DNA of 64,000 nucleotides from Octopus sinensis (GCF_006345805.1 NC_043003.1:81840001-81904000), one strand, 5' to 3'; shown: positions 9,843-22,883, counted from the stretch's first letter. Notes: a model not told the origin generated them from the sequence alone. Translations and numbers: made by a program.

Positions 9843-12800
9843 AACAACTTTCCAATATAGTAAACAGAGGCGACATATGTCTACAAACTTTTACCTACTT
9901 TGCATACCTTTAACATAAAATGTTTCTAGTTATCAAGCCATATAAGTTATATTCAAATTATACGCAATAAAATTATGAAATGAATACCTATCAAAATAAC
10001 TGGTATCAGATCTATCAAGCATACATTACGTATACTAACGTACAACTCCAAATAACTTGTAATAAATATATGCATGTAAATATTGAAGGAGTTTTGATTT
10101 TAAAGTATTGAAACATTAGAACTGGAACACGTTATTCGGTTACATTAAATTATAATGAAAGAATGATTTTTCACAATTGACTGAAGAATCTTTTCCAACA
10201 ATCAAATCGAATAATTTAATCGTCAATCAGTGGAATATTTTCATTGATAATTGCAGTTTCCAAGATTGAAAATAATGGATCCACACAACCATAATAATTT
10301 CCACGCTCTACACACCTTCAAATGATTATGAAGTTCATATTTGTGAAAATTCAACAATGTAGCTGCAAATGTATATCTTAGATAAGCTTAAAAGGCATTC
10401 CGACAAAAACTTGAATTTTATATTTTACAATATGAAACATGCTATTTCATTAATTATGTCTAGAAATATGTGTTCGATCTTATATTAACTATACAATAGG
10501 AACTCTCATGCATAATGTTGTGTCAGAAAAATTTTAGTTAAAGAGTTTTCTTTGAAATTAGTACACAAAACTCCCAGTGAGAGTGTTTCGAACATAACGA
10601 GAATCAAAGCAGATTCTTTGTAAACGGACACTCAATCAAGTATTTTTTGGAAAAATATAGACGACGCAAAAGATAGTGGATTTTCTTCTTTCTTTAAAAT
10701 GCATGTTTGAGCCATATCAGATCTACTCAGCAAATCATAATTTACTCATTTTCCAAGACTTAGTGATCTGTGTAACTATAAACAGAACACATGATTTAAC
10801 TTTAATTATAAACACCACGAGTATATCCAAGGGAAATTTCCTCAAATGACCGTTCATTTTAATAATCAAACATCTCAGATAAGTAATCTCACAAATCGAA
10901 CATTGATTCGTGCTATCACTAAATAAATGATTCTAATGCAAAAACACCACTGTAAGAGGAACTGTATTTTGGTAATAAAATACAAACTCTAAAGAACTTC
11001 ATAATCACATGTGTAATATACAGAACATTCTCGATGATTACAAATTGTCTTTCAATAAATATATTTAGATTTAAAAGAAAAAGTAAAATCAAGCATTATT
11101 AGCAACGTAAAATGTTAACACGCCCATAAGAAAAATTATGAAAGAAAATATAAACCAGTTGGCCGTGGGCAACACCCATAAAACCAGCTCAAAATTTCCA
11201 ATCAAGTGAAATAAATAAAATAACAAATCACATCAATAAATACAGCAATTTTCAACTGACGATTAAGGTCACGTGAAATGCAAGTTGCTAGAACGGAACT
11301 CAGTTTTAATAAGCCATACATTCCGCAATGAATACTTGTTGTCATTTCCTGTGTTTTTCATAAAATTTGGACATTTGAATGCAATAAACTCTATACACAT
11401 GTCCACACAATCACATACATATGCACCCACGCATATTCCATTCATATGTATATATACAAATATATATGTATACATCTACTTACCCATTAATTTGTTAGTT
11501 CCTCTCTTTATATATATATATATGTGTGCGCGTGTGTATGTGTGTGTGTGCGTGCGTGCGTGTGTATAAAAAGAAAATATCCGCTTATCTTAACAGTTTT
11601 TCAAGCCAATGACATGGAGGAATGGTGTTCCGCTCCATTTTGGTTAAAACATAGAAGGAAATACATTCTTACACATATACATACATATATGCATACATAC
11701 ATATATACGTACGTACGCACATCTCTACAAACATGCATACATACATACTCACAGACATGCACTGACTGACTGACTAACATGCCAAATACTAATCTTGTTC
11801 ACACAAGGTGGCGTTCAAGTTTCCTAAATAGGCTGCGGTGACGATCTTCTAATGAAGCATACGTCCTAGATTTGCATTATTTATAGGTTGTTTGTGCACG
11901 CTCAATAGATATTTTCCATAAAATTGGTTTTTGTTAATGAATATTATTTACATAATATTATATCTTTGTTTTGAATTCCCGTTTTGTATAGTAAATCTCT
12001 AAATTCCTAAATTTCTTATATATGGTTGTAGCATCAAGGGACAACACATTTTATAATTAGTTCTTGCCTATAAATCCATGCAAACTGTCGGATCTATTTT
12101 TGTTGCTGTTCCAGAATTCGCCCGACAACATAAATGTCTCTTGTCAATGTAATAAGAACGAAAGTAAATTGTTTGTATTGAGTCGGAAAGTACATTGACA
12201 TGTGACGATAAAATTACGGCCAACTCATCTATAATCAAATACTTAAATTATTAATTAATCATAAAACTGAGGCAAACTACAACCAATGCATTCTGCAAGT
12301 GCGCTGCATTATTGGCACCCACGTCCATATAATATACTTTCCAGGAGATGCAGTTTCTGCACCGAAGAATCCCAGTCTATATTGTGGACTACTGTGAAGT
12401 TCATTAATAGAATTTCTGACTCTCAAGAGGCTTGAAGGATTATAAATGCAATTTTGCACAATGAAGTAGGGATGAATTTAAGCAATTGTTAACTAAATTA
12501 ATAAGTATAATTTACTTTAAGGTATGGATAAAATAAATTTAACTCTAGCCTTGCCATTTTTATAAACACTAAGAAAATATTTAATTCGCTGTGTGAGCGT
12601 ATGTGCACCAAACCATGCTTGTATTATATCTTCATGGATGTTTGTACAAGCGAGTATACGTGAGCCATACAATCTAAGAGAGGACGTTTATACAGCTAAA
12701 TCTGTTAACGATAATATTTAATACTTTTTCGCTGTATCATGTATTCGTTTGTTTTCGGAACTGTTATCTTTTATTGATTTTCTTTAAAAATTAAGCTGTA

Positions 12801-13061
12801 TCACATTATTTGCTGATTTTTTAATACGAAAAAAAAAAACACAAGAATAATCTTGCAGAACTGTTCTTATTTTTACGTGATAATCACCTGAAGATGATCT
12901 ATTGGCAAAAAACTAATTCCAAAATGTGTTTTCAATTGATGCTACAACCAGATATAAGGAATTTCGAAATTTAGAGATTTACAATACAAAATGAGAATTC
13001 AAAACAACAAAAGTTATAATATTATGCAAATAATATTTATTAACAAAAACAACTTTATGGA

Positions 13062-13169
13062 AATCACCTGAAGAGACACAACTACACAGATGGATACTCC
13101 TAAACCAGTTGCTAAGCATCCCACCCGAAAGGGATCGATGCTAGACTGGTTGAAACAATTGTAGTGATT
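13062..13169 (+). ncRNA. type I hammerhead ribozyme candidate HH2 with expanded stem II
   Basis: AAUCAC-CUGAAGA(13068-13074)...AACCAGU/ACUGGUU-GAAA(13152-13155)-C-AAUU-GUA|GUGAUU. Perfect 6-bp stem I, palindromic stem III, AATAAA at 13170-13175. Confidence 0.65.
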
Positions 13170-13295
13170 AATAAACATTCTCGTATCTTTCATCTTCCGT
13201 CTCTCTCATTCATCAAATACCTAACAAACACGGTGAAAGTGAATGTGCTTTACCGGTAAGCCACCTGGTGTATACCATAAGATTTATCCGCCAAT

Positions 13296-13328
<33 letters not shown>

Positions 13329-14451
13329 ATGTATACACTTCTTACTTACCTCCATATTGCGAAAAGATGCAGTATAATCAAAGGAGGGGCATATCTGTAT
13401 CAGTTGCGTGCAAAAGCACGTTTTTCGCTTGGATGGATGATAATAATTGCGCATTTTAATTTTATCGCCTCACTGATATACAACGAGGGGAAAAATATAT
13501 CGAAGTAATTGTATTAATTTTAAAAAAGATTATCTTTGAATCCATTTTCTCTCTCTCTCTTTCTCTCGCTGTGTAATGTTATAATAAAAACCGAAAATCT
13601 TGTTAAATGCTTCTACCCAGATTTTCCTGGTTCAAATGATAATTTCGCCATTTTTCATGTTCAGAAAAAGAATATTTATCAGTTGTCTTTTGAGCAGTTT
13701 ATTTTAAGCAAGAAACGCTGGTAAGTAGACAAGAATAAAAACAGAAGGGAGATAATCAACTTTACACTTATTCGATGCAAGCTGATGTAAACAGAATGTT
13801 AATGGTCCACTAAGTTTCCTGTGGTCTACTTCTTAATCCGGACAAGATGTATTTCTTAAAATGTGGATATAATGAAAAATCTTTTTGTTTCAAATTTATG
13901 TATCCCTTGGAGGTCCTCAAGAGATATAATTTTTCAGCAGAATATACTGATTACTTTTGAAACCAGCGCCTTTGGTTTAAATATATTCTGCTAAAAAGAC
14001 ATTTAATAAAGGTCTTGATTTTGGCTTGGAAAACGGCGAAAGAAATTAATATTTCGACCGGGAAACTCTGGATAGCTGTATTTAACAGGATTTGTCGTTT
14101 TATATTATAATACTATCTTTACTCTCTTAGTTAATCGAGTGTTTTTCTATTTGTGGAAGCCTTAATACATGAGATATTTATATGTACACAAACATAGGCA
14201 GAGACACACAGACTCGTATAGTACTAGATATAGAATATGAGGACAAATACACAATGCAAAAGAGAGTGCAAGATTTTATTTATCCAGTTGAGTTTTGCGT
14301 TATTCATTAGGTGTCTTGTTTACACTATCGTTCAGATGACAGTTTTATGCCGTCTGAAGAAGCTTGTAAACGCAAAATTTGGAAACCTCATACGAGTTTA
14401 TGTACTTATGAGTTTGCAATTCAATATTCATAGAAAATTGTCAAAGGAGAT

Positions 14452-14915
14452 GAAAATATTCTTTTCAACTCATCCGGAAAGGATAAAAGTCAAAGTCGAC
14501 TCAGAACGTAGCGGCAGACGAAATACCTATTTCTTTACTACCCACAGGGGCTAAACACAGAGAGGACAAACAAGGACAGACAAACGGATTATGTCGATTA
14601 TATCGACCCCAGCGCGTAACTGGTACTTATTTAATCGATACCGAAAGGATGAAAGACAAAGTCGACCTCGGCGGAATTTGAACTCAGAACGTAGCGACAG
14701 ACGAAATATTGCTAGGCATTTCGGCCGGTGTGCTGACGTCTCTGCCAGGTCGCCACCTGAGGCGTATAAAAATATTCTTTTCTACTCTAGGCACAAGGCC
14801 CGAAATTTGTGGGGAGAGTGTCAGTCGATTAGCTCGACCTCAGTACACAACTGGTACTTAATTTATCGACCCCGAAAGGATAAAGGGCAAAGTCCACCTC
14901 GGCGGAATTTGAACT
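14452..14915 (-). mobile_element. cluster of SINE family A copies (dimer plus second subfamily)
   Basis: Full copy ~14758->14528, truncated copy joined at 14527, and a partial copy with a different tail at 14770-14915. Confidence 0.85.
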
Positions 14916-15157
14916 TAGGAGTATGAAAATATTGTAACATTTGTGTACTTGTGAAGCTATACATACTATTTGTCATACTTTCTCTTGTATATTATGTTTA
15001 AAGAGCAAATAAACAATTGAAAGTTAGTTTTTAAACACTTCACTTCTATTGATTTTACCCTCATTACATTCTGTCGAAAATCTTACCACCTGAATAACGT
15101 ACAAGTGTTCGTTTTGCCTATTTAAAGATAAATAACGATGTAGTTAAAGACAGCCAC

Positions 15158-15158
<1 letters not shown>

Positions 15159-15250
<92 letters not shown>
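15159..15250. repeat. (TA)n microsatellite
   Basis: Read directly from the sequence. Confidence 0.97.
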
Positions 15251-15252
<2 letters not shown>

Positions 15253-15280
15253 GAATGTTTGGAGGTGTTGTACAGATATT

Positions 15281-15541
15281 ATATATTAGAAGAAATAAGG
15301 TACTAAGAAATCTGGATGATTTTAAATTTACAGATTTTTATTGATATGTTACATGTTTTTATATATCATGTATCAGCACTTGCATCTACTCTAGTAGAAT
15401 CTCCAGATTCTCAAAATCTCGAGATTCTACTAGAGTAGATGCAAGCGCTAATATATGATTTATAAAAACATGTGACATATTAATAAAAATCTAAATGTAA
15501 ACCATCCAGATTTCTGAGTATCTTATTTCTTCTAATATATA
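15281..15541. repeat. ~120-bp inverted repeat (fold-back element)
   Basis: Left arm 15281-15403 and right arm 15421-15541 are mostly complementary, with a 17-nt spacer. Confidence 0.9.
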
Positions 15542-17965
15542 TATATATATTTATATACAGAGAAAGAGAAATCAGAGGGAGATACATACATGCATACATG
15601 TATCTATATGTATATACGTATATATATATATGTATGTGTGTGTATGTATGTGTGTATGTATAAAGCTACAAATGATTCAGTTAAAAAAAAAAACCTTGTA
15701 GAACGCTATGCAATGCAAAGCTCATCGAATGTTATTGGCTAGCGGGTGTAATCAAACAGTGGAAATGCTGCTGCTACTAAATATACATAAGGAGCACCAT
15801 AGTATCTGTTCAACTAATATAAATTCGTTTCCCATTATATCTCTCTCTTGCACTCTCTATCACACACTCTCTCTCACTCTCTATCAAACACTCTCTCTCA
15901 CTCTCAATATCTCGATATACATATGTATGATGTATGTTCGTGTGTCGGTTATCTAAGAGCCATTAGGACATCAAAGAAAACACTTGACTAGCGTATTGCC
16001 TACTGGTAAACAACACCATAGAGTTGCTTAACCATAGCATTTTATCATCTTTCTTACTATTACATTTTGGCAAAAATAGAAGACACGCCTACTATCAGCA
16101 CTGTAATACTTTTGTAATACTGCAGCATTGTAAAAAACGAAATGGGTGTAAAAGTTCGATGTGCATTTTGTGGATATCATTTATTGTTGAAACACAATGC
16201 TGGTTTCACTAATTTCTGCTATCATAATGCGTACTAAGTGTGTAGATCCTCTATCCTAAATTCTCGAACTTTTAAACGGGTGGCAGCGAATATAAATATT
16301 GGTTTCCTTTTAAATGTATTAATGTATAAAATTGTGAGTTGCATCATCTTAAGAAAAATCCATTACGGAGACGGCTAATAAGATATACACTTTTTTTCTT
16401 TATTTCGTTTCCCTACTTTATTTCAGCTGTAAGCTCGACTTGGTCGTTTCGTTATCGTTTTTAAATGTGTCATTTATTAGGGTTTTAGGCCAGCTTGTCC
16501 GGGAATAATTTTTCATTGTTGCGTTTAGTTCTAAGATGAATATAAAGAACGTACACGTTTATTTTTGTTATGTTAATGAAATTACTGTATATTTTTAATG
16601 CTGGTTGCGAGTTCAAACTCGATTATTGAATTCATATAGAACATGCAATTACACAATATAATCTAATTGACGTATTACCGTTAAGCATATACTCGCATAA
16701 TATTATCAAATATTGTTAACTTCATGGATTTATTTATCTAACTTCATAGATTTATTTTCGTATGATAACGATGAAGTACATTTCTACACATATTAAAATT
16801 ACTTCCATTTAATTCATAACATTTTTGAAACTTCAGGATATTATATTGATTATCTATGCTGTAGAAACGCAATTTTTTCTACTGTCATTTATGGTTTTAA
16901 GTTATTCTCTTTAAGAACGACTTCTACGCTGTGATATATATCTTCTGAAGTATATATATTTTAAGAGTGCCAATATAAAATTATTTTCTTATAAAATACA
17001 GCAAAGAAATAAAAGCGAAAATGAACTTACATTGGATCTTTGCACTTTTAATTAACGGAATTTTAAGATGCAAGCTAAATTGAATTGCTGTAAAAGCATT
17101 CAAAAATATCTTTTTTCTATGTTTTATATGGATCAATACAAAACTTTCGTGCGGTAGACCCGAGACAGAAGATATTAATAAATCTTTTACTATAAATCAT
17201 AGAAAATCAATCAAAATATCTAATATTGATAATGGACAAAATATATTGATGCAATGTTAATTGCGTCACATTTAATAAATAAGTGAAAATAAAAGGTATA
17301 TACAGGTATTAACTGGGATAAATTGTTATTAAATCTTCTGATCTTATGGTATAACGTTGTATAACAGGTATTAACATAACTGGAGAAACTGCGATCAAGT
17401 AAGATATACATCCGGAAGATACAGATATAACACACCGTCAATGTGGACAAAATGTGAATTGCAATCTGATAACATATAGAAAGTAAATAGCATTATTAGC
17501 CCTTATCAAGAAGGGTTTACATACTTATTGAACAAAATAAGCACTATCGTAATCTTCCAACTTATTTAGGACTTAATCGTCCAAGGAATCTTGTCTAATA
17601 TTATATCATATTTGAGAATATACCTGGTTTATCAATAAATTGAACTAATACGCAGAGACACTAAAACCATACACATAAGGATTAAAACTCTATTTTCTTC
17701 ATCCCACAACTGTATGTATATTCACTGTTCGAATTGTGATGCAGGCTGAAATGTATTATACAGTGGTGATAATGCAATTATGCATGAGGCATATTCGCAC
17801 CCGTAAGAAAACTATTCACTGTTTTTCTCATTGCCGATACCGTGTTAACACGTATTCTATTTATGAATGTAAATGGCTGTTTCTGATTGAAGTGAATTTT
17901 TCTCAGAAAAATGATGTTGAATTAAAAATTTACGGCACAAATGTTCAGCGAACAAAAATTTATTA

Positions 17966-19040
17966 TTAGTACCTTGTCCCATAGTCATTATTTTCAATTA
18001 CGGCCTTACAACGGCGGGACATGGTGTTCAAATAAATGAGTACAAATATCACTTGGAATCTTTTGCTATATTTCTTTAAAAAAATATACAACTCGGACAA
18101 ATTTGTTGATTTTTCAGCATGAACTCTTTTAGAAACATAATTCCATCAATTTTCTATTTTATCCAAATCCGGGCTCTGCAGAGGCCACTCGATAAGCACT
18201 ATATTATTGTGCTCAAAATATTGCAAAACTTTCCTAGCCTTATGAACGGGGCAATTGTCCTGCTGGAGAATAGATCCCGATCGTATTTGATTATTTAAAT
18301 ATGGTAGCACATTTTCATTTACTAATTGCAGATAGCCAACACGGTTCAGTCTGCCATTAACCTTAACAAATGGACCAACACCTAAGCTGCTGAACGCGGC
18401 CTACATCATTACCCCACCTCCCACTTGCGCTGTTTCCTTGAGGCAGTTAGGATGCAACTTTTCAGTTGGACGGCGTCTAACATAAGTCTTTCTGTCTGAT
18501 CCAAAGATGCATAAATGGGATTCACCTTTCCAAAGAACTTTAGACCAGTCTTCGGACGTCCATTTAATATGTCTTTTAACTTGATCCGTTTCCAACGATT
18601 CGGCTCAGAAATTATCCGCTTCTTTCGAAACATTCGGCCAAACAGTCCAAATACTTTTCGGCTGTTTCTGACAGTTTGTGGTGTAAAGCTGATATCAGTT
18701 TTATCAGATAATTGCTTGCAAATGTCCACTGCAGTTAGCATTCGGTTACCTTCAGAGAACCTATGAATTCGCCGATCCATATGTACTGTTGTTTTATTCG
18801 GAGTGCCTGTTCTTTACTGATCTTTGTATTGGCTGTTTTGCTGCATCCTATTTGCTTGCTAATGTTCATGAAGGACACATTTTGTTGCTATAGTAACTGG
18901 GCTGATATTATAACACTTTCCCATAGCGAATTAATGTGTAACAATGCTTTATTACTAAACAAAATAACTACGACTAACCATATGTCCACACATTTGGTTT
19001 ATTAATTTCCATGATCTTAAACTTATTTTGCCCACGATTT
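17966..19040 (-). mobile_element. Tc1 (DD34E) transposon relic
   Basis: Minus strand KWTSEDWSKVLWKGES, YVRRRPTEKLHPNCL, GGGVM and QQD-34 residues-E (QQDNCPVHKAR...EWPLQSPDLDKIEN), ending GTRY*. Likely start ATG at 18924. TIRs not resolved. Confidence 0.92.
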
Positions 19041-19268
19041 CTAAACATTTGTGCATTAAAACAATTCGAATTGTAGAAAAATATATCAAGTGAGTATCAT
19101 TCGAAAGAGAAGAAATTCTATATAAACTATAAAAATTAAAATAATTATATACAATTTTGTTAAAAAATTATTCACGTAGGAATAGAAGGGTCATCATCGG
19201 TCTTAAACTTATCTTCGCGTGAGTATAAATATTGAACATAATATAAATTATCATGCATACACACACGC

Positions 19269-19312
<44 letters not shown>

Positions 19313-19315
<3 letters not shown>

Positions 19316-19538
19316 GGAGTAAACACATAAATGTGAAACAAGGTGGAAAAAAGAGTACTCAAATACCAGTGGTAGAGTAATATGCTTTATTTAAAGCAGC
19401 AGAAAATTCAACAAAATCTGTTACTCTGAGTTTCTCGTTGCCGTTCATCAGACAGTTCTAGCAAAAACTGTCTGATGAACGGCAACGAGAAACTCAGAGT
19501 AACAGATTTTGTTGAATTTTCTGCTGCTTTAAATAAAG
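19313..19538. mobile_element. (TA)n-embedded fold-back element with a perfect 73-bp inverted repeat (Penelope pseudo-LTR-like)
   Basis: 19385-19457 is the exact reverse complement of 19466-19538, with an 8-nt spacer and (TA)n on both sides. Confidence 0.7.
19463..19510 (+). ncRNA. type I minimal hammerhead candidate HH3 (mirror copy on - strand at 19413-19460)
   Basis: AAAAACUGU-CUGAUGA(19472-19478)-ACG GCAA CGA-GAAA(19489-19492)-CU CAG AG-UA|ACAGAUUUU. Stem I is 4+4 bp; stem II closes with an A-A mismatch. Confidence 0.6.
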
Positions 19539-19799
19539 TATATATATATATATATATACATCAATGCACACGTTCACACGTATATGTATATGTGTGTGTG
19601 TAATAAATATATACACATATATATTTGTACAAAGTCAATAGACATGTTTTTCATATAAAAAATTTAATGTACATTTAAGTACAAAGAGGCAAGCCTTAAC
19701 AGGTTGCCGAACATACTAGAAAGAACAGTGAAAAAGTACAAACCACAGTTAAGTGCAATTTCGAAGAGAATGAAAAGTAAAAACATTTACCTTGTTTTG

Positions 19800-19873
19800 C
19801 AGCCGGACCTCAGGTTTCGAACTTTAATAATCAAATAAAATGATTTGCAAGGCGAAGTTCTCATCAGCAGATA
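19800..19873 (-). ncRNA. type I hammerhead ribozyme candidate HH4
   Basis: UAUCUG-CUGAUGA-GAACUU...AAGUUC-GAAA-CC UGA GG-UC|CGGCUG. All core nucleotides canonical, 6-bp G-C-closed stem II, GUC triplet, 5 of 6 pairs in stem I. Confidence 0.72.
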
Positions 19874-20587
19874 TATATATATATATAGATAGATACATAC
19901 ATACATTCCTACATATAGATATAGATATGTTTGTATTGTGTATGTATATATAAATATATATGTAAGTTTATATATATGTATAAACATATATATGCAAGTG
20001 CTTGTGTATGCATGTAATCTCATACACCAAAGCATTCAAACATTAATTGAGGAAGACCATTGAATGCAGAATTTTAAACCTATTTTTATAAGGAAAAGAT
20101 TAGCAATGATTTCGAAGATTTACTGAAGATTTGATTTTCATATATTTATGTACTTCTGTATCTAATCTAAATAATTAACCTTATGATGTATCCGCATTCT
20201 GTATATAGCCGTATGGTGACAAAAGTATGTATGTTTGTGGGTATGTGTGTGTTGATTTGTATGTGTTTCTATTCTGCCTATTAAATTAATGCTATTCAAA
20301 TCATAGATGGTAGTAATTTTGGAGCGTCTTGAAAATATAATTAAACTAAAATTAATAAATGTCTGTAAATGGGTACTGACTCCAATATTGATAAATGTTA
20401 TATTCAACTGAAGATTAGTTTTAAATAAACAAAACAGTATTTTCCTTCATTTTTCTGTTCTCGTTTATCTATTTAAATGTATGAATTTAAAATCATTTTA
20501 CTTTAGGTTCTCATTTTGCGAAAATATATCCATACAATTTAGTAATACGCCAATAAAAATTAATTGCTAATTTGTTTACTAATATTG

Positions 20588-20798
20588 GTTTCAAATTTTG
20601 ACTCAAGGATAGCAATTTCAGGCATGGGTCAAGTCGATTAGATCGACCTCAGTGCTAAACTCAAACTTATTTTCTTATCTCCAAAAGGGCGAAAGGCAAA
20701 GTCGACTACGGTGGCATTTATGCTCAGAACACAATGTCGGACGAAATGCCGCCAGGCATCCTTTCCGGCGCGCAAACGATTCTACCATCTCACTTCCT
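20588..20798 (-). mobile_element. SINE family A (diverged) with 20-bp target-site duplication
   Basis: TAATTTGTTTACTAATATTG occurs at 20568-20587 and 20799-20818. Confidence 0.85.
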
Positions 20799-22557
20799 TA
20801 ATTTGTTTACTAATATTGCAAAATTAATGTTGTAAACATATGGCATATCTAAGAAATATGATGACATTTGTCGGCCCTAGGCTGTAGCAAATCTAAATTA
20901 TATTATTTCGTAAAGAAAATTTTTTTAATATCATTGCAGTAAAACAGTTATTTATATGTAACTGCATAACTGAAGAAAAATATTTTTCCGATAATGATGG
21001 CTAAATTATATCCATAGAAATGGCTATAGATAATTAATTTTCATTTATAAAATAAAAAGAAAATCATACATATTTATTCATTCTCTTCATTAGTTTGATA
21101 AATGATGTCAAATATTCACCTTTCAAGATCAATGTATCAATCAGTGAGTGATTAGCCCCATTGGTGTTTTAGGAAAAATAATTGTGGTGTTAGTGAATTG
21201 AAATGATATAATGGGCTGACGAACTAGGACTGTATACTCAATTTGCTATTAAATTACTTCCACAATATGTGTTTATGAATAATTACATTTTACAGACAAC
21301 CCATCACCTACATTTTATAATGATGAAACTTCTTAAGATTAGTATTATTTTTAATATAATATAAAATAATATGAAACAATTATTATAAGGTATACTGCGT
21401 CAGATTCCGTCATGACGTTCAATTTTAAAAGTTATATATTCTATAGTTTTACTTTTTTATTTTACATCTACACTATCCTAGGCTTATATGTCAATGAATG
21501 CTTTGAGTCTACACGGTATTCTCTTTGTATACCGGACTTCCTCGGTAATATATTTATCGTCTACAGTATCCATAACTTTGAGTCGTTATCGTGTGGAAGA
21601 CAGTAAACACGTTTCGATTAATATTGTCTTAATCATCACGTTATTTTATTAGAAAATTATTGATTACTTTGGTTGAGTGTAGTGAATTTTGAATACATTC
21701 AAAAATTTCTTGTATGGGCACGATTTCTTGTTGCAATATTTTCCGTATGATACATGGGTTCTGTATACGTTTCTTTTTAAAACCATAGTTAAAGAACTTA
21801 TTTTTACAGAAATCGTGTCTGTTGTTAATCTCCACATTCCGGTCTATCTTTTATCTGATTTCATAGATGGTTAAATACGCTCTTCCTTTTAGAAATTCAT
21901 TATGCTTTAATTGCTTCTGAAACTTTGGTTAGAATGTTCTAAGACACTAGCAACTTGTAGATTTGGCTTCATCATGTGCAAGGGACTTTGAATATCCAAA
22001 TGTGTAATGACATCATTCATTTAGACTGCTTCTATCATATATTTATATCACTTCTTTTATATCAGTATTTCACGAGGCTACCAGAATGAGCAATATATGG
22101 AAACTTGAAATCTGTAATACTTGCATTTGATTATCGTCCGCTTAGACTTGGCGTTCATAGTCAGCGCACCGAATTCTTTCTCTCCAATGTCCATATATAC
22201 TCGTTACGCTAAATGTATTCTCTTTCATTACATGCATTTTGTAGTCATTTTGCTACCAAAGGAGTTGAAGACGGTAAGCACCCATGCTTAATTTTATGGC
22301 TACCTTGGCTGTTGGGAGTATGGGATTAAGTTGCCTTTAGATCATATACCTGGTCCAAATGCTTCTAAAGAGGGAACTCCATTTCCATTTAAAATCTTCA
22401 ACGGGACTGTGTTAAACCGGCTTATTAATCACGACTAACAACGATTCCCCGAACAGACTTCCGTAGTTTTCATCTCGTAAATTTCAATATTTGTTTGGGA
22501 GGCAGATTGTATAGTGCAGCATATTGACCAGTATCAATATACATGTAAATATATACA

Positions 22558-22581
22558 TACATGCATATATATATATATGTA

Positions 22582-22676
<95 letters not shown>

Positions 22677-22731
22677 GTATGTATATATGTATATATATAT
22701 AGAGAGAGAGAGAGCGAGAGAGAGAGAGAGA
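22558..22731. repeat. (TA)n/(TATG)n/(GA)n compound microsatellite
   Basis: Read directly; it explains the ORF cluster at 22484-22806. Confidence 0.97.
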
Positions 22732-22845
22732 GAGGATCTTGATTATAACACTGTGGAAACAAGGTTCCTTTCCAGATTTCAAATCCATATTCCTTTACTT
22801 ATATAGATAGATAGAAAGATACATACATATATGTATATGTGTGTG

Positions 22846-22883
<38 letters not shown>

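Noticed and set aside
12882-12920. Second AATCACCTGAAGA 180 nt upstream of HH2
   Set aside because: No GAAA or stem III follows; at most a truncated repeat.
16385-16440. Strong polypyrimidine tract with CAG|CT|GTAAGC
   Set aside because: It would give a 2-nt exon and is not a true AG|GT recursive site; no downstream frame supports it.
17031-17087. Candidate 57-nt minus-strand exon with good splice sites
   Set aside because: Unrecognisable peptide; such pseudo-exons are expected by chance.
21605-21650. Minus-strand GUGAUGA-UUAA...UUAA-UC-GAAAC-GUG
   Set aside because: C3 is replaced by G, the triplet is GUG, and there is no stem I.
22245-22273. Candidate 29-nt plus exon
   Set aside because: No homology and no phase link to other exons.
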